Source: Chiloscyllium plagiosum (Eukaryota). Taken from it: 20,000 bases of DNA. How positions within the stretch are numbered: the first letter of the stretch is position 1; the number at the start of each line of letters is the position of its first letter. The translations under genes were made by a program, and so were the position numbers. The stretch is taken from positions 39,713,773 to 39,733,772 of the forward strand of contig NC_057718.1 in NCBI RefSeq assembly GCF_004010195.1. The letters are read 5' to 3'. Under the pieces are notes generated by a model. The model was given only the letters and a program-made list of their open reading frames with translations. It was not told the origin of the DNA and did no database searches. Of the stretch, positions 1 to 12,197 are shown piece by piece.

Positions 1-579
1 GGAAGACCTTTTAGAATGGAGATAAGGAGAAATGTTGCAGTTGTAAAGGACTCTGGTGCGGCCGCATCTGGAATATTGTGTGCAGTTTTGGTCGCCATAC
101 TATAGGAAGGATGTGGTGGCACTGGAACGGGTGCAGAGGAGGTTTACCAGGATGTTGCCTGGTATGGTAGGAAGATCGTATGAGGAAAGGTTGAGGCACT
201 TGGGGTTGTTTTCATTGGAGAAAAGAAGGTTTGGGGTGACTTGATAGAGGTGTACAAGGTGATTAGGGGTTTAGATAGGGTTGACCATGAGAGCCTTTTT
301 CCACGTATGGAGTCAGCTATTACGAGGGGGCATAGCTTTAAATTAAGGGGTGGTAGGTATAGGACAGATGTTAGGGGTAGATTCTTTACTCAGCGAGTCG
401 TGAGTTCATGGAAAGCCCTGCCAGTAGCAGTGGTGGACTCTCCCTCTTTATGGGCATTTAAACGGGCATTGGATAGGCATATGGAGGATAGTGGGCTAGT
501 GTCGGTTAGGTGGGCTTGGATCGGTGCAACATCGAGGGCCAAAGGGCCTGTACTGTGTTGTATTTGTCTATGTTCTATG
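1..579 (+). mobile_element. CR1-clade LINE (HER1-like), 3' end of ORF2 and 3' UTR
   Basis: [35 protein letters not shown]...[10 protein letters not shown], then ...FFTQRVV..W; frameshifted; ends in gggccaaagggcctgtact...ctatgttctatg tail. Confidence 0.9.
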
Positions 580-2132
580 TACCCTTCCACCGACACTCTA
601 ATTCGTTTGGCTGAACTGGTCCTCACCCTCAATAATTTCTCCCTTGTATTCTCCCACTTCTTCCAGAGGAGAGGGGTAGCTATGGGCACCTGCATGGGCC
701 CCAGCTATGCCTGTCTCTTTGTCAGCTAGATGGAACAGTCTATCTTCTGTAGTTACACCAGCACCATTTCCTCCGTTACATTGATGACTGCATCACCACA
801 TGACTGCATCGTGCTCCCACGCGGAGGTTAAACAGTTCATCAACTTCACCAATACATTCCATCCTAACCTTAAATTCACCTGGACCATCTCAGATACCTC
901 CCTGCCCTTCCTGGACCTCTCCATCTCCATCAACAGTGACCGACTCAACACGGGCATCTTCTACAAACCCACTGACTCCCACAGATACCTGGATTACACC
1001 TCCTCCCATCCTGCCTCCTGTAAAAATGCTCTCTCTTATTCCCAATTCCTCCACCACCACCGCATCTGCTCCCAGGAGGACCAGTTTCACCACAGAACAC
1101 ACCAGGTGGCCCCCTTTTTTAAAGACTGCAATTTCCCCTCCAGTGCATCTCATTTCCTGCACCTCCGCCCTCAAACCCCACCCCTCCAGAATCTCCCAGT
1201 CCTCATTTCCACCCCACCAATCTCCGTATACCTCCCATCATCCTCTGTCATTTTCACCACCTACAAATGGACCCCACCACCAGAGATATATTGCCCTCTC
1301 CACCCCTATCCGCTTTCCGTAAAGACCATTCCCTTTGTGACTACTTCATCAGGTCTACGCCCCCCAACAACCCACCCTCTCCTCCCAGCACCTTCCTCTG
1401 CCACTGCAGGAATTGTAAACCCTGTGCCGACACCTCCCCCCTCATCTCTGTCCAAGGCCCAAAAGGTGCCTTCCACATCCATCAAAGTTTCACCTGAACT
1501 TCCACACGCCATTTATTATAACCGTTGCTCCCGATGCGGTCTCCTCTACATTGGGGAGACAGGACACCTACTCGCAAAGCACTTCAGAGAACAACTCCGG
1601 GACATCCGCAGCAATTAACCTCACCACTCCGTGGTCAAACTCCCCCTCCCACTCTGCCGAGGACATGCAGGTCCTGGGCCTCCTCCATCGCCACTCCTTC
1701 ACCACCCAACGCCTGGAGGAAGAACGCCTCATTTTCCGCCTTGGGACCCTCCAACCCCAGGGCATCAATGTGGATTTCACAAGTTTCCTCATTTCCTCTC
1801 TCCACACTTTTATCCCCAGTTCCAACCTTCCACCTCAGCACTGCCCTCATGACCTGTCCATCTTCCTTCCCACCTATCTGCTCCACCCTCCCTTTGACCT
1901 ATCACCTTCACCCACACCTTCATTCACCTACTGCACTCTCAGCTACTTCTTGCCAGCCCCAACCCCCTCCCATTTATCTCTCCACCCCCGAGGCTCCCAG
2001 TCTCATTCCTGATGAAGAGTTTTTGCCAAAACGTCGATTTTCTTGCTCCTCTGATGCTGCCTGACCAGCTGTGCTTTTCCAGCACCACACTCTCGACTCT
2101 AATCTCCAGCATCTGCAGTACTTACATTCGCC
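580..2132 (+). mobile_element. Penelope-like retroelement, 5'-truncated and degraded (RT C-terminal part, GIY-YIG endonuclease, terminal repeat)
   Basis: LVLTLNNF...GVAMGTCMGPSYACLFV; RYIDD at about 774-788; FHPNLKFT..LPFLDL..FYKPTDSHRYLDYTSSHP; IYYNRCSRCGLLYIGETG (GIY-YIG); LEEERLIFRLGTLQPQGIN; terminus ctgatgaag...ctccagcatctgcag. Multiple stops and frameshifts. Confidence 0.9.
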
Positions 2133-2197
2133 TAGCAATAGTAGGCAGGCTAAGTCTGGCTTACTCAGTAATTTACAGGCTAAACTTTATATTCCAG

Positions 2198-2326
2198 TGT
2201 AATCAAAGTTTATGGGGGAAAACGCAGGAAAGTGGAGTTGAGGTTTTTCAGATCAGCTGAGAATTCACTGAATGGCAGAGCAGATTCAAAGGGCTGAACA
2301 GTCTACATCTGCTCCTACATTTTACC
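2198..2326 (+). mobile_element. Old CR1 LINE 3' UTR fragment
   Basis: atcaaagtttatggggg...gaatggcagagcagattcaaagggctgaacagtctacatctgctcctac resembles the 3' end of the CR1 at 19670-19795 in this window. Confidence 0.6.
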
Positions 2327-2367
2327 AGCATATAGCTTCTGCTTTTTGAGAACAAAACATACTATTT

Positions 2368-2751
2368 TATGGGATGTAGGCATTGCTGGCAAAGTCAGCA
2401 TTTGTTGCTTGTCCCTAAATGCCCTTGAACTAACTGACTTGCTAGATGTTTTCAGAGGGCAGTTAATTCATATTCCTGGTGACCGAAGGTCAATGCTGTC
2501 GATCTAGGATTTAATCTGTGCCAGGCTTAGTGAATACAGCAAATTTTCTTCCCTAAGTGATATAAGTGAACCAGACTGGTTTTTATGGCAACTGTCACTA
2601 GTTTCACAGTCACCATCATGGAGACAACTTTTCAGTTCCTGATGTATTCATTGAATTTACCAGCTGTCACAGTAAAACCTGAAGCTGTGTCCCCAGAATA
2701 TTAGTCTCTGGGCTGCCAATCAATTGACATTACACTAATCCACCATCTCCA
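2368..2751 (-). mobile_element. Old tRNA-derived SINE (possibly MetaSINE-type core, L2-like tail)
   Basis: Minus strand: degenerate tRNA head (ggagatggtggattagtg...), core ctggttcacttatatcacttagggaagaaaatttgctg, and tail aacaaatgctgactttgccagcaatgcctacatcccat. Family assignment is from recall. Confidence 0.55.
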
Positions 2752-2944
2752 CCACACTGTCGTAGATTGTAGGCCACTCATCCACAGGTGGGAAGAAAAT
2801 ATTGCCACTGCCTATATGAGTGGCCTATTTCAGCACACTATGCACCCAGATATTTACACACCAAAACTAACCAAGCTGTTGTAAAACAGCTTGAATAGTG
2901 ACACTGAACAGAAACAGATGTCACTTCAGAATTTGAAAACTGTC

Positions 2945-3030
2945 CTGTTGGTGCTAGAAATCTGAAATAGAAACAGAAAATGCTTAAATACTTAGGCAAC
3001 ATTTGTAGAGGGACAACAGAGCCATCTTCA
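2945..3030 (-). mobile_element. Old Penelope-like terminal fragment
   Basis: gctagaaatctgaaatagaaacagaaaatgct...ggcaacatttgtagag resembles the reverse complement of a shark Penelope terminus; heavily diverged. Confidence 0.4.
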
Positions 3031-3811
3031 GAATGGTCTTGGTTCTCTAGTTGCACACAGGGAGACAGGCATTAACTGCAGTGGTAGAGCTATATTGCCA
3101 AAATAGGGCCACCTCTCAGAATTTACTTCTATTATTGGTTCCACCAGTTGATTTAAGACCTAACAATTTTGTCAATCAAAATGAATTTAAAAAATATATG
3201 ACCTGAATAGAACAAAACATACAACACCTCAAAACATTTACTGACTGCACGTACCAATGTAGCTTTTAGTCCTTTCTGTTCTGTCACTACCCTTCATAAC
3301 TCGGATGAAACAACTGGCAGTAGTGTTTCATGTTTAAAGTCAACTGCTTTACCTCATTCAGGACAGAGGTTACACACCCTCCCACTTGTCCTGCAGCAGT
3401 ATTAACAATCTTCTAAAAAATTGTCCAAATTCTCACAATGTAGTATTGTTTAAAATTCTTGTTTTTAATTAATTTCATCAGCACTGAAAACTTCGCTACC
3501 TTTTCTGCCAAATTTGTTTTGACAGTGCTACTTACCTTCTGAAATTCTTGATTAGCCCTTAAATGTCATTAGTAATATCTGTTGTGTTAATGTTTTTCTT
3601 CCATTATTTAGTACTTTTATGAATGGTACTTGCTGAATGTGGAATCAATTCATGGCTCAAGATTTCAGTTCCAAAACTCCAAAACCAAGACACAAATATA
3701 AGAAAATTGGTCTCACATGACCAGAAGAATAACTGAGCAGCATGCACTCAAAATTAAAAGTGATGATTTACAAATATTTCTTTGCTCATTGACACCTCCA
3801 AACCTACTACT

Positions 3812-3909
3812 ACCCAGGTATATCATAGCATATTACCACCAGGTATATCACAGCATATTACGATCCAGGTATATCACAATATATTACCACCCAGGTATAC
3901 CATAGTACA
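3812..3909. repeat. Minisatellite, ~26-bp unit x ~3.8
   Basis: acccaggtatatcatagcatattacc / accaggtatatcacagcatattacg / atccaggtatatcacaatatattacc / acccaggtataccatagtaca. Confidence 0.85.
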
Positions 3910-4155
3910 CCAAACAATAGATAAACACTAGCAATGGCAAAGAATCATATGGTTTGAGACTAAATAAAATGCTTTTTCCCTGATTCACTGAAAGTAGAAT
4001 TTTGGATCCACTGAAGACAGAAGTTTATGGTATAGGAAGTAGTTATTTCGCATGTTATGTCTATGGTTCGACTCAAAGTGGAGTTACTCAGTCCCATTCC
4101 CCTGGTAATGGCTGCCTCATAATTGTCTAGATTTTCTTCTTCAAATTTTTTTTTA

Positions 4156-4268
4156 AGATTCCCTACAAGTCCACAGAGCAACCCAACCAAACCCATTCCC
4201 CTACATTTAGACCTGCACCTAACACTATGGACAATTTATCAAGGCCAATTCACCTAAAATGCACATCT
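4156..4268 (-). mobile_element. HE1-type SINE, 3' fragment
   Basis: Reverse complement (agatgtgc...ggtgaattggcc...tagtgttaggt...aatgtagggg...) aligns to 9102-9240 of the full SINE in this window. Confidence 0.7.
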
Positions 4269-4764
4269 ATTTATTGATTTTCCTTTTTAAAATGATTGTA
4301 GATTCTGCTTTCACCACCATCTCTGGATTTTCCATGTTAGGATTCTCATTCCACATGTCATCTGAAATGAATGTTTTCTTAATCATCTTAATGGCCTGGA
4401 CACCCTCCCTAAAGTATGGCATATAAAACTAAACAATTCAAACATTGTTTACTCTAAGTTCGAAGGAGCAAAAAAAAACCCCAGAAAATTGTGTTAACAT
4501 TATATATGCTTCCAGGGTTTCTCTGGTTTTTCTTCTAAAGATATGACAAGCGGGTGAGAAAATACCAGTGGAAATTCACGGCCAGTTGGAGCAAGTGATG
4601 TAATAACTCTTGAAACTTTAGCGTTACCACTGTTTTTACTTGATTCTCCTATTCACAAAATTCAGGATTCCACATTGTATTTAAAAAAACAGAAAAAGAC
4701 AGCACAATATTTAGTGTTTCTCTTTTATCAACTCACTGCTACTTTCATTAAAGTGAACTCCAAA

Positions 4765-5570
4765 TATTTGTTAAGCATAATGAGACTTTTTGAATTGTGA
4801 GAAGGAATAAAAAGCCTTTAAGGTGATTTAGACAAGTTGAATTATTAGACATTTTTGGCCGATGCTGTGCAATGTGGATAAGTGTGAAGATATCCACTTC
4901 AGTCGGAAGAACGGCAGAGTATTTTATTTCATTTTACAATACAACTATGGAAACCATGGCGATAGATTGGGAAATGTTGATGTAAAACAGGACTTGGGTG
5001 TGTTTATACATCAATCATTGGAAGCAAGGAATAAGTACAAGCAGTTAGAAAAGCAAATGGTATGTTGGGCTTCATTATGAGAGGGCTTAAGTAGGGAAGC
5101 AAGAATGTCTTGCTGCAGCTGTGTGGGGCCTTGGTGAAATGACATCTAGCATATTATGTGCAGTTTTGGTCTCCTTAGCTAAGAAATTATATACTTGTCC
5201 ATAAAAGGAATACAAGGAAGGTTCATGAGACAGTTTTATGAGAATGATTGTTTTGTTGTACAAGGAGAGATTTGTCAACTAGGCCTACCTATATTCCCAG
5301 GGTTTAGAAAACTTAGTAAGGATCCTCGTTAAAAGGTTCTGACAGGGCTGGACAGACTGGATGCGGTGATGATGGTCCCTTGTTCTTGTTTGGGGTGTGG
5401 GTTGTTTGTGAAGAGACAATGGTAGACCATTTATTTCTAAATTGCTTTACTCAGAGGGTGGAGAATCTGTGGAATTCTTTACCATACATTGAAGTCACTG
5501 AATATATTTAACAAAAAAAAATGGAATTTCTTGCCATGAATAGTATCAAGGGTTATGGGGAAAGAGGATA
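4765..5570 (+). mobile_element. Old, degraded CR1 LINE (ORF2 3' part)
   Basis: CNVDKCEDIHFSRKN, KQDLGVFIHQSL; tattatgtgcagttttggtctcct ([12 protein letters not shown]); tttactcagagggtggagaatctgtggaattct. Confidence 0.75.
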
Positions 5571-6452
5571 TTTGTGGTAACCTGCTGGATGTGCTCACTC
5601 AGCTTCATTACCTCTTCTGTCTGCTGATTCCTCTTTAAACAAATCAGATGGCAATTCACCTAGCTTGTTTTTTTCTCAGTATCACAAACCTTTTGAATCG
5701 CACCATGTTGTTACAAATTCATTACGTGAGCAAACATGGATAGGAATATTACTTTCCCCCTTTACACCCCAGCTTACAAATGAAAAGAATAGAAAATTGT
5801 CCTTTCATTTTGCAATATGATTATGAAAACCAGAGTCTTCAGATTTATAAGGAGTTGACACAAGCAGCATTTAAATATTTAGTGAGTAGAGAAACTGAGA
5901 ATCAAGTCTGCTTCATGGAACAAGTATTTCAGGTATTTTCAATCATAGTGCTTCTAATTGAATATGGAAATAGTTTGCTCTTGACTACATTTCAATTACC
6001 TGCAAAGACAAAAGCAAGATGCATTTCCACTTATTTCATCAACCTTCATTCTTTTCAAAAACCACTCTTTCTAATTTTTAAATTTTTACTCATCTTGTGC
6101 ATTCCCACAATTGTCTCATTCAGTTAAATGCCCCTTGCTTTTTCTCAACAGTACGGCACTTCACTCTCATTTGCTTTTGATGAATCCAAAGCTGCTGCAC
6201 CTCATTATAGCTTTTCATGAGCTCCTGCATCACTGCTACTCATCATCTGTTTTAAGAAACAAAACACAAGGGTATTCAAGAAGGGGGCAGTCTGAACAGT
6301 CTGCTGTGTTGGGCTCTGTGCCATGCCCCACCCACCACCACCATCACCACCCTCCCTCCCCTCCCAGCCATCCCTAAGGAAAATTTATAATGTAAAGTAG
6401 GTAGAAGACCTAGAGTCCTTTTAAATTAAGGTTTGACAGATTTGGAGCTGAA

Positions 6453-7299
6453 ATGAAGACATCTAAGGGAAAGGGAGCAAAGGCAGCACAGCAGGCAGGG
6501 CACTCCCCTACTATGTCGGGCACACCCGCAGGCGTTACCTTGACAGCCATGGCTGCGCCCTTAAGTTCAGTGGAGCAACAGCATTTACTAACTGAGTTCG
6601 CCAAACTCCGTGAAACAAAATCGAGGGAGCGCTGGAACCAATTACTGCCATGTTGACAAAGCATGAACAAGAGATCCGGGCTTTGGAACAGCACGTAGAA
6701 GCAGTGGAACACAGGACCGTGGCCTCAGAGGCCGCGACAGAGAGCTCCGAGGGGCGGATCCGAACCTTGGAAGGCCGGGTTTGGGGCCTGCAGGAACAAG
6801 TAAACATCCTCAAAAATTGCGGTCGGAGAGAAAAAAAAAATCTACGGATCTTGGCCTTACTGGAGCATGAAGGAGGTGAAAACCTTGCTGATTTTCTCGA
6901 GAGGTGGCTTCCTGAGTTGCTGGGACTGGAAATCGAGTCGGGGGCCGGGTGAATGTGGAGCAGGCCCACCGGATCGCAATGCGCAGGTCCGGTCCAGTCC
7001 AGCGCCCCTGCCCAGTCCTAGTGTGACTCCAGCATTACAAAGAAAAGCATTTAATAATAGAAACAGCCAGAAGACTGGGAGGAGATCCAAGGCTTTGGCT
7101 TATGAAGGTTCAGAGATAATGTATTTTCATGACTTTTCTGGGGCCATAATTAAGAAAAAAAAAGACCTTTGATAATGTAAAGAAAAAAATTAAGAGATTT
7201 AAACATTCAACATTCTCTGGCAGTACTATGTTTCAATTATGGGGGAGCTTCGACTCAGTGGAAAAAGTAAAAGGATTTTTGAACTTGCTGAAAAGATAG
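6453..7299 (+). pseudogene. L1 ORF1 (coiled coil plus RRM/CTD), frameshifted
   Basis: HEQEIRALEQHVEAVEHR...IRTLEGRV...LKNCGRREKKNLRILAL.E.EGGENLADFLERWLPELLGL; later YEGSEIMYFHDFS. Typical of L1 ORF1p. Confidence 0.75.
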
Positions 7300-8943
7300 A
7301 CTTTGGGCGAGGGGGAAGGAGGAAAAGATGCGTGCGGACAATAGCATAATTTTTTAAAAATCTTCTCTGTCCTTGTTCTTTTGCCTTTTGGGTTCTCAGG
7401 CTTTATAGGCTTGGTATTGCTCTGGTGTAAAATCCGGTATGTTTTATATTATATTTGTTTGGTGATTATTATTTATTCTATTGTTCAGTTTTGCTGATGA
7501 GGAGTGGTTACTCCTTTGATGTAAAGATGTGTGGGGCTGAGATGTTGAGGGGGAGGGGTGGGGGTCCATTGTTAACTTGTCAGAGTCTAAATAATTTTTT
7601 TTTTCATTGCTTGGGCTTGGGGCATGGCCTTAACTGAAAGGTGCTTGGATGGTTGTGAGGTTGGGAGTGAATGCTCCCGATGGGCAAGGAGGAATAAAAA
7701 AAATCACTGGAGATTTGTGTATTTTGTATTAATTTGTTCAAGTTAGGAGTAGAGTTTTTTTTTTAATTTTAGTAGTTTTGGTAGGGTTTGTAGGAATAGT
7801 CTTTAGATTTGATCAAGTCTGTTTTTTCTTCACTCATCGCACATTGAATGGGCTTCTTCCTTTTGGAGGACTGCGGGTTGTAGTGTGCAGTCATGGCTAG
7901 TGATCTGTTCAGGTGATGCATGTGGAATATAAAGGGTAGCCATTCCCCCATTAAAAAGGAAAAGGTGCTCTCAAATCTTAGGAAGAAAAGGGTTGACATT
8001 GTGCTGTTGCAAGTGACACATTTGACTGATAGGGAATATTTGAAGTTGCAGCAGGGGGTACAATAGGGTGTTCTTTTCCTCCTTTAACTCCAAAAGCAGA
8101 GGAGTGGCCATATTGGTACGAAAGAACCTCCCATTTCAAGTGACAGATCAAATCAAGGATGAGTATGGACAGTTTGTCAGTCTCAAGGCAGTGAAGAGTA
8201 TGGCATCCTGAACGTTGACTGTCCCCCAGTGCAATTTTTAGCTGATGCAGTCTCTAAATTAGTGGCTCTTGGGGTGCGCCGTACGATTATAAGAGGAGAC
8301 TTTAATTGTCTCACGGACCCCTGGGGTAGACAGAATGCCAAGAGGGTTGTCGGATGCACCTCGGCAATCTAGACAATTACTGGAGTTGTGTGAGGAGTTG
8401 GGGCTAGTGAATGTGTGGAGGTGCCTCCACCCGAATGGGAGGGACTTTACCTTTTACTCCAACCTGCACAAGTTCCACACAAGAAATTGATATGTTCTTT
8501 GTTCCAGGTCGGTTTGTTTGGACTTGGTGTTGGCCTGCAGAATTGGGAGCATAACTACTTTGGACCATGAGGCAGTATATTTAGATATTAAGAGCAAAGG
8601 TAGTGGAGTAGGCATGCGGCACTGGCGCATGGATCCATTTCTGTGAATGATGGCAACTTTGTACAGAATATCACAAGGGAGTTCAAGGCTTAGAAACCTG
8701 GCTTAGCTGGTTAGGAAGAAAAGTGCTCCACAGTCCATTGTGTCTACCAGGGAGAGAACTGGCAATGTCACTCGTGAGCTGAGGAAGATCAATACCAGAT
8801 TCCAGGAGTTCTATGCAGAGTTATACCAATCGGAGTGCTTTGGGGATGGAGAATTGAGAATGGAATCCTTTTTTCAAAACTTGGACCTCCCCGGTTTAAA
8901 TGCAGATCAGGCCTCCCTTTTAAATGCACTCTGACAAGTACAG

Positions 8944-9272
8944 GGGCGACACGGTGGCACAGTGGTTAGCACTGTTGCCTCACAGCGCCAGAGACCCGGG
9001 TTCAATTCCTGCCTCAGGCGACTGGCTGTGTGGAGTTTGCACGTTCTCCCCATGTTTGCGTGGGTTTCCTCCGGGTGCTCCGGTTTCCTCCCACAGTCCA
9101 AAGATGTGCAGGTCAGATGAATTGGCCATGCTAATCTGCCCGTAGTGTTAGGTAAGGGGTAAATGTAGGGGTATGGGTGGGTTGCGCTTCGGCTGGTCGG
9201 TGTGGACTTGTTGGGCCAAAGGGCCTGTTTCCACACTGTAATGTAATGTAATCTAATCTAATCTAAAAAAAA
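8944..9272 (+). mobile_element. HE1-type (V-SINE superfamily) tRNA-derived SINE, full length, nested in L1 ORF2
   Basis: A box tggcacagtggttagc, B box gggttcaattcc, core ctgtgtggagtttgcacgttctccccatgtttgcgtgggtttcctccgggtgctccggtttcctcccacagtccaaaga, CR1-like 3' end gggccaaagggcctgtttcc, and (taatc)n tail. Confidence 0.92.
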
Positions 9273-11627
9273 GAAGGTACAAGAGAGGCGTTAAGGCAGC
9301 TTCAAGGTGGTAAGGCACCCGGTCCCGACGGGTTCCCGAGTGAATTTTACAAGAAGTTCATACACATGTTAGCTGACCCACTGCTGGAGATATTTAGTCA
9401 TTCGTATAACCAGGACTGCCTTCCACCCTTTATTAGTGAGGCTAATATCTCCCTTATCTTAAAGGAAGGGAAAGACCCTGAGGATTGTGCATCGTATAGG
9501 CCAATCTCATAGTTGAATGTGGGTTTTAAAATTGTATCAAGGTGTTGGCTCTGAGGTTGGAGAAAGTGCTGCCTGTTATTATAAAAGAGGACAAGAAGGG
9601 TTTCAGCAAGGCTGCAGTTCATTCAACAATATCAGACGGGTATTGAATACGGTACAAATATATCAGTCGGGAATGATTCTGTGTTTGGTGGTCTCCCTGA
9701 ATGCAGAAAAGGCTTTTGATAGGGTGGAATGGTCATATCTCTTTGCTGTTCTAGATAGTTTTGGTCTGGGAGGGGTCTTCGCCAGGTGGGTGGCAGTGTT
9801 ATATAAAGACCCCAAAACGGATGTTATCACAAATGGGGTTAAATCGAGCAATTTTGGTGTGGGGAGGGGCAGCCGACAGGGACGTCCCTTGTCACTGCTG
9901 TTGTTCACCTTGGTACTTGAACCACTGGCGGAGGCTATCCAAAAGGACCCTGAAATAATGGCACAAAGGTGAGAGTTGGGGAACACAAAATCATTCTCAA
10001 TGCAGATGATGTCCTTCTGTTTTTGGCTAACCTTAAAAAAGTCCATACTCCGGCTAATACAAAGAATTAAATTATTCAGCAGCTTTTCAGGATATAGGAT
10101 AAATTTCACAAAATCGAAAGTCATGCCCGTGGAGGAATTGGTGGAAGTACTGAAGCTGGAGGACAGAATGGAGTTTCCTTTTAGATGGTCACAGAAAGGG
10201 TTTCTCCGTCTGGGAACTTTTATTACCCCTTACTTCTGGCAGCTGTATGGAACTAACTTTGTGCAGTTGTTCGAGAGAACAAAACAGGACTTGCAGCGAT
10301 GGGAGGGACTACCCATATCATGGCTAGGCCGTATAGCCTTCATTAAAATGAATGTTCTTCCTTGGTTGTTATATCCTATGAGGATGCTCCCGTTGCTATT
10401 ACACAAACAGGTGCTGCAGATGTTTGCAAGATGGTTTGGATCATTTATTTGGTGCCGTAAGCACCCCTTGATTAAATTTCCCAAGTTGCAACTTCCACAG
10501 GATATTGGGGGGGGGGGGGGGGGGTTTGGCAGTAGACCTCTCAGATCTGAAAAATTACCAAATAGGCACCCAGTTGTCATATGTAGGCAAATGGGTGCAC
10601 GATGACTCGAAGTCAATATGGCTTAGTGTAGAGGCCTCACAGGCGAGATGTCCCCTCACAAACTTACTGTTCATGGATAAATTGAGATCTGTAGGGGAGT
10701 CAGATAATCAGAAACATAGTAAAAGCATGGAGGATAATGTGGCAGGGTGAGGGCAATTTGCTTAAGACTTCGCTGTCACCCCGTTAGTGGGAGCCCCAGG
10801 ATTAAGATTGGGGTCAATGGACTCTGGCTTTAGAGCATGGGAGGGTAAAGGAATCTCCTGTCTGGCAGATTTATTTGAGGGAGAGGTCTTGAAGTCTTTC
10901 AGCCAATTAGGTCAGAAATACGGAATCCCTAATAGGGACGTTTTCCAGTATTTCCAGGTTAGGGATTACATACAGAAGACGGCCACGCTGTTGGCCCAGC
11001 CCTACAAGTATATAGAACGAAGAGTGCTCTAAAGTGAGGACGCTCTCAGTTAGTACCATATATCTACTGCAGAGAGAGAATGCCTTGGGGGATATGGAGA
11101 GACTCCATGAGATTTGGAATCAGGAGTTAGGGGAAGAAATCTCATTGGAAACATGGGAGGACATATGGGGGAAATGTAAAGAAAATTTCACTATGCAATA
11201 AGGCACAAGCGATGCAATTGAAGATCCTCCACAGGGCCCATATGGCACCAGAGAGACTAGCAAAGTTTAAGAAAGGACCTTCCCCGAAATATCCCAAATG
11301 TAAAAACAGTATTGGCACCCTTACACATTGCTTTTGGTCCTGTTACAAGATTTACGGATACTGGGAGGGCCATAGTGAATGAACTGGAGATGATCCTGGG
11401 AATGGAAGTTAGAGAGGATCCAGTGTCCCTCATTTTGGAACTACTGAATCTTCCCTCTTTGGGTGAGCACAGGAAGAGGTTATTCAATATCCTTACACAC
11501 TGTGCGAGGAAGAACATCACAATGAATTGGATATCAGAAAAGCTTCCAGGGTCTTGCAGGATGGAGCATGTTCCCTCAAGATTACCTGACAAGTATGGTG
11601 TGCCACAGAATGGAGCAATTTTATAAG

Positions 11628-12197
11628 ACATAGAGTCATATAGATGTATAGCACGAAAACAGACCCTTCGGTGCAACCCGTCCATGCCGACCAGATATAC
11701 CAACCCAATCTAGTCCCACCTGGCCCATATCCCTCCAAACCCTTCCTAATCATATACCCATTCAGATGCCTTTTAAATGTTGCAATTGTACTATCCTCCA
11801 CCACTTCCTCTGGCAGCTCATTCCATACACATACCACCCTCTGTTGCCCCCTAGATCTCTTTTACATCTTTCTCTTCTCACCCTAAACCTATCTAGTTCT
11901 GGACCCAACCAGTGAAAAGACTTTGTCTGTTTATCCTATCCATGCCCTTCATGATTTTATAAACCTCTATAAGATCACCCCTCAGCCTCTGACACTCCAG
12001 GGAAAACAGCGCTAGCCTATTCAACCTCTCCCTATAGTTCAAATCCTCCAAACCTGGCAATATCCTTGCAAATCTTTTCTGAACCCTTCCAAGTTTCACA
12101 ACATCCTTCCGATAGGAAGATGAGCAGAATTGCACGCAATATTCCAAAAGTGGCCTAACCAATGTCCTGTACAGTTGCAATATGACCTCCCAACTCA
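11628..12197 (-). mobile_element. 5'-truncated CR1 LINE nested in the L1 ORF2 3' end
   Basis: SWEVILQLYRTLVRPLLEYCVQF...[17 protein letters not shown] and WNELPEEVVE..TIATFKRHL on the minus strand; tail ...atgactctatg. Confidence 0.9.

Noticed and set aside
2009..2036. Active hammerhead at the Penelope terminus
   Set aside because: CTGATGA is present, but stem II is disrupted (gagtttttgcc) and GAAA has become AAAA, so it is likely dead.
800..2064. Long ORFs (272, 179 and 153 aa) as host genes
   Set aside because: They are frameshifted pieces and alternative frames of the Penelope RT/GIY-YIG ORF.
3812..3909. ~26-bp repeats as a CRISPR-like array
   Set aside because: Units are contiguous with no unique spacers, the context is a eukaryotic intron, and there are no cas genes. 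It is a minisatellite.
4270..4765. Very old minus-strand CR1 remnants
   Set aside because: Only short suggestive words are visible, too degraded to support without alignment.
1..6250. Further downstream MARK1 exons (RHQKSMS / RSTFH regions)
   Set aside because: No matching translation was found by eye on the minus strand; they probably lie beyond position 1.
5780..6377. 115-aa and 88-aa ORFs (the latter with a His run)
   Set aside because: No recognisable motifs; AT-rich intron antisense to MARK1. The His run comes from a (CAC)n microsatellite in the L1 5' UTR.
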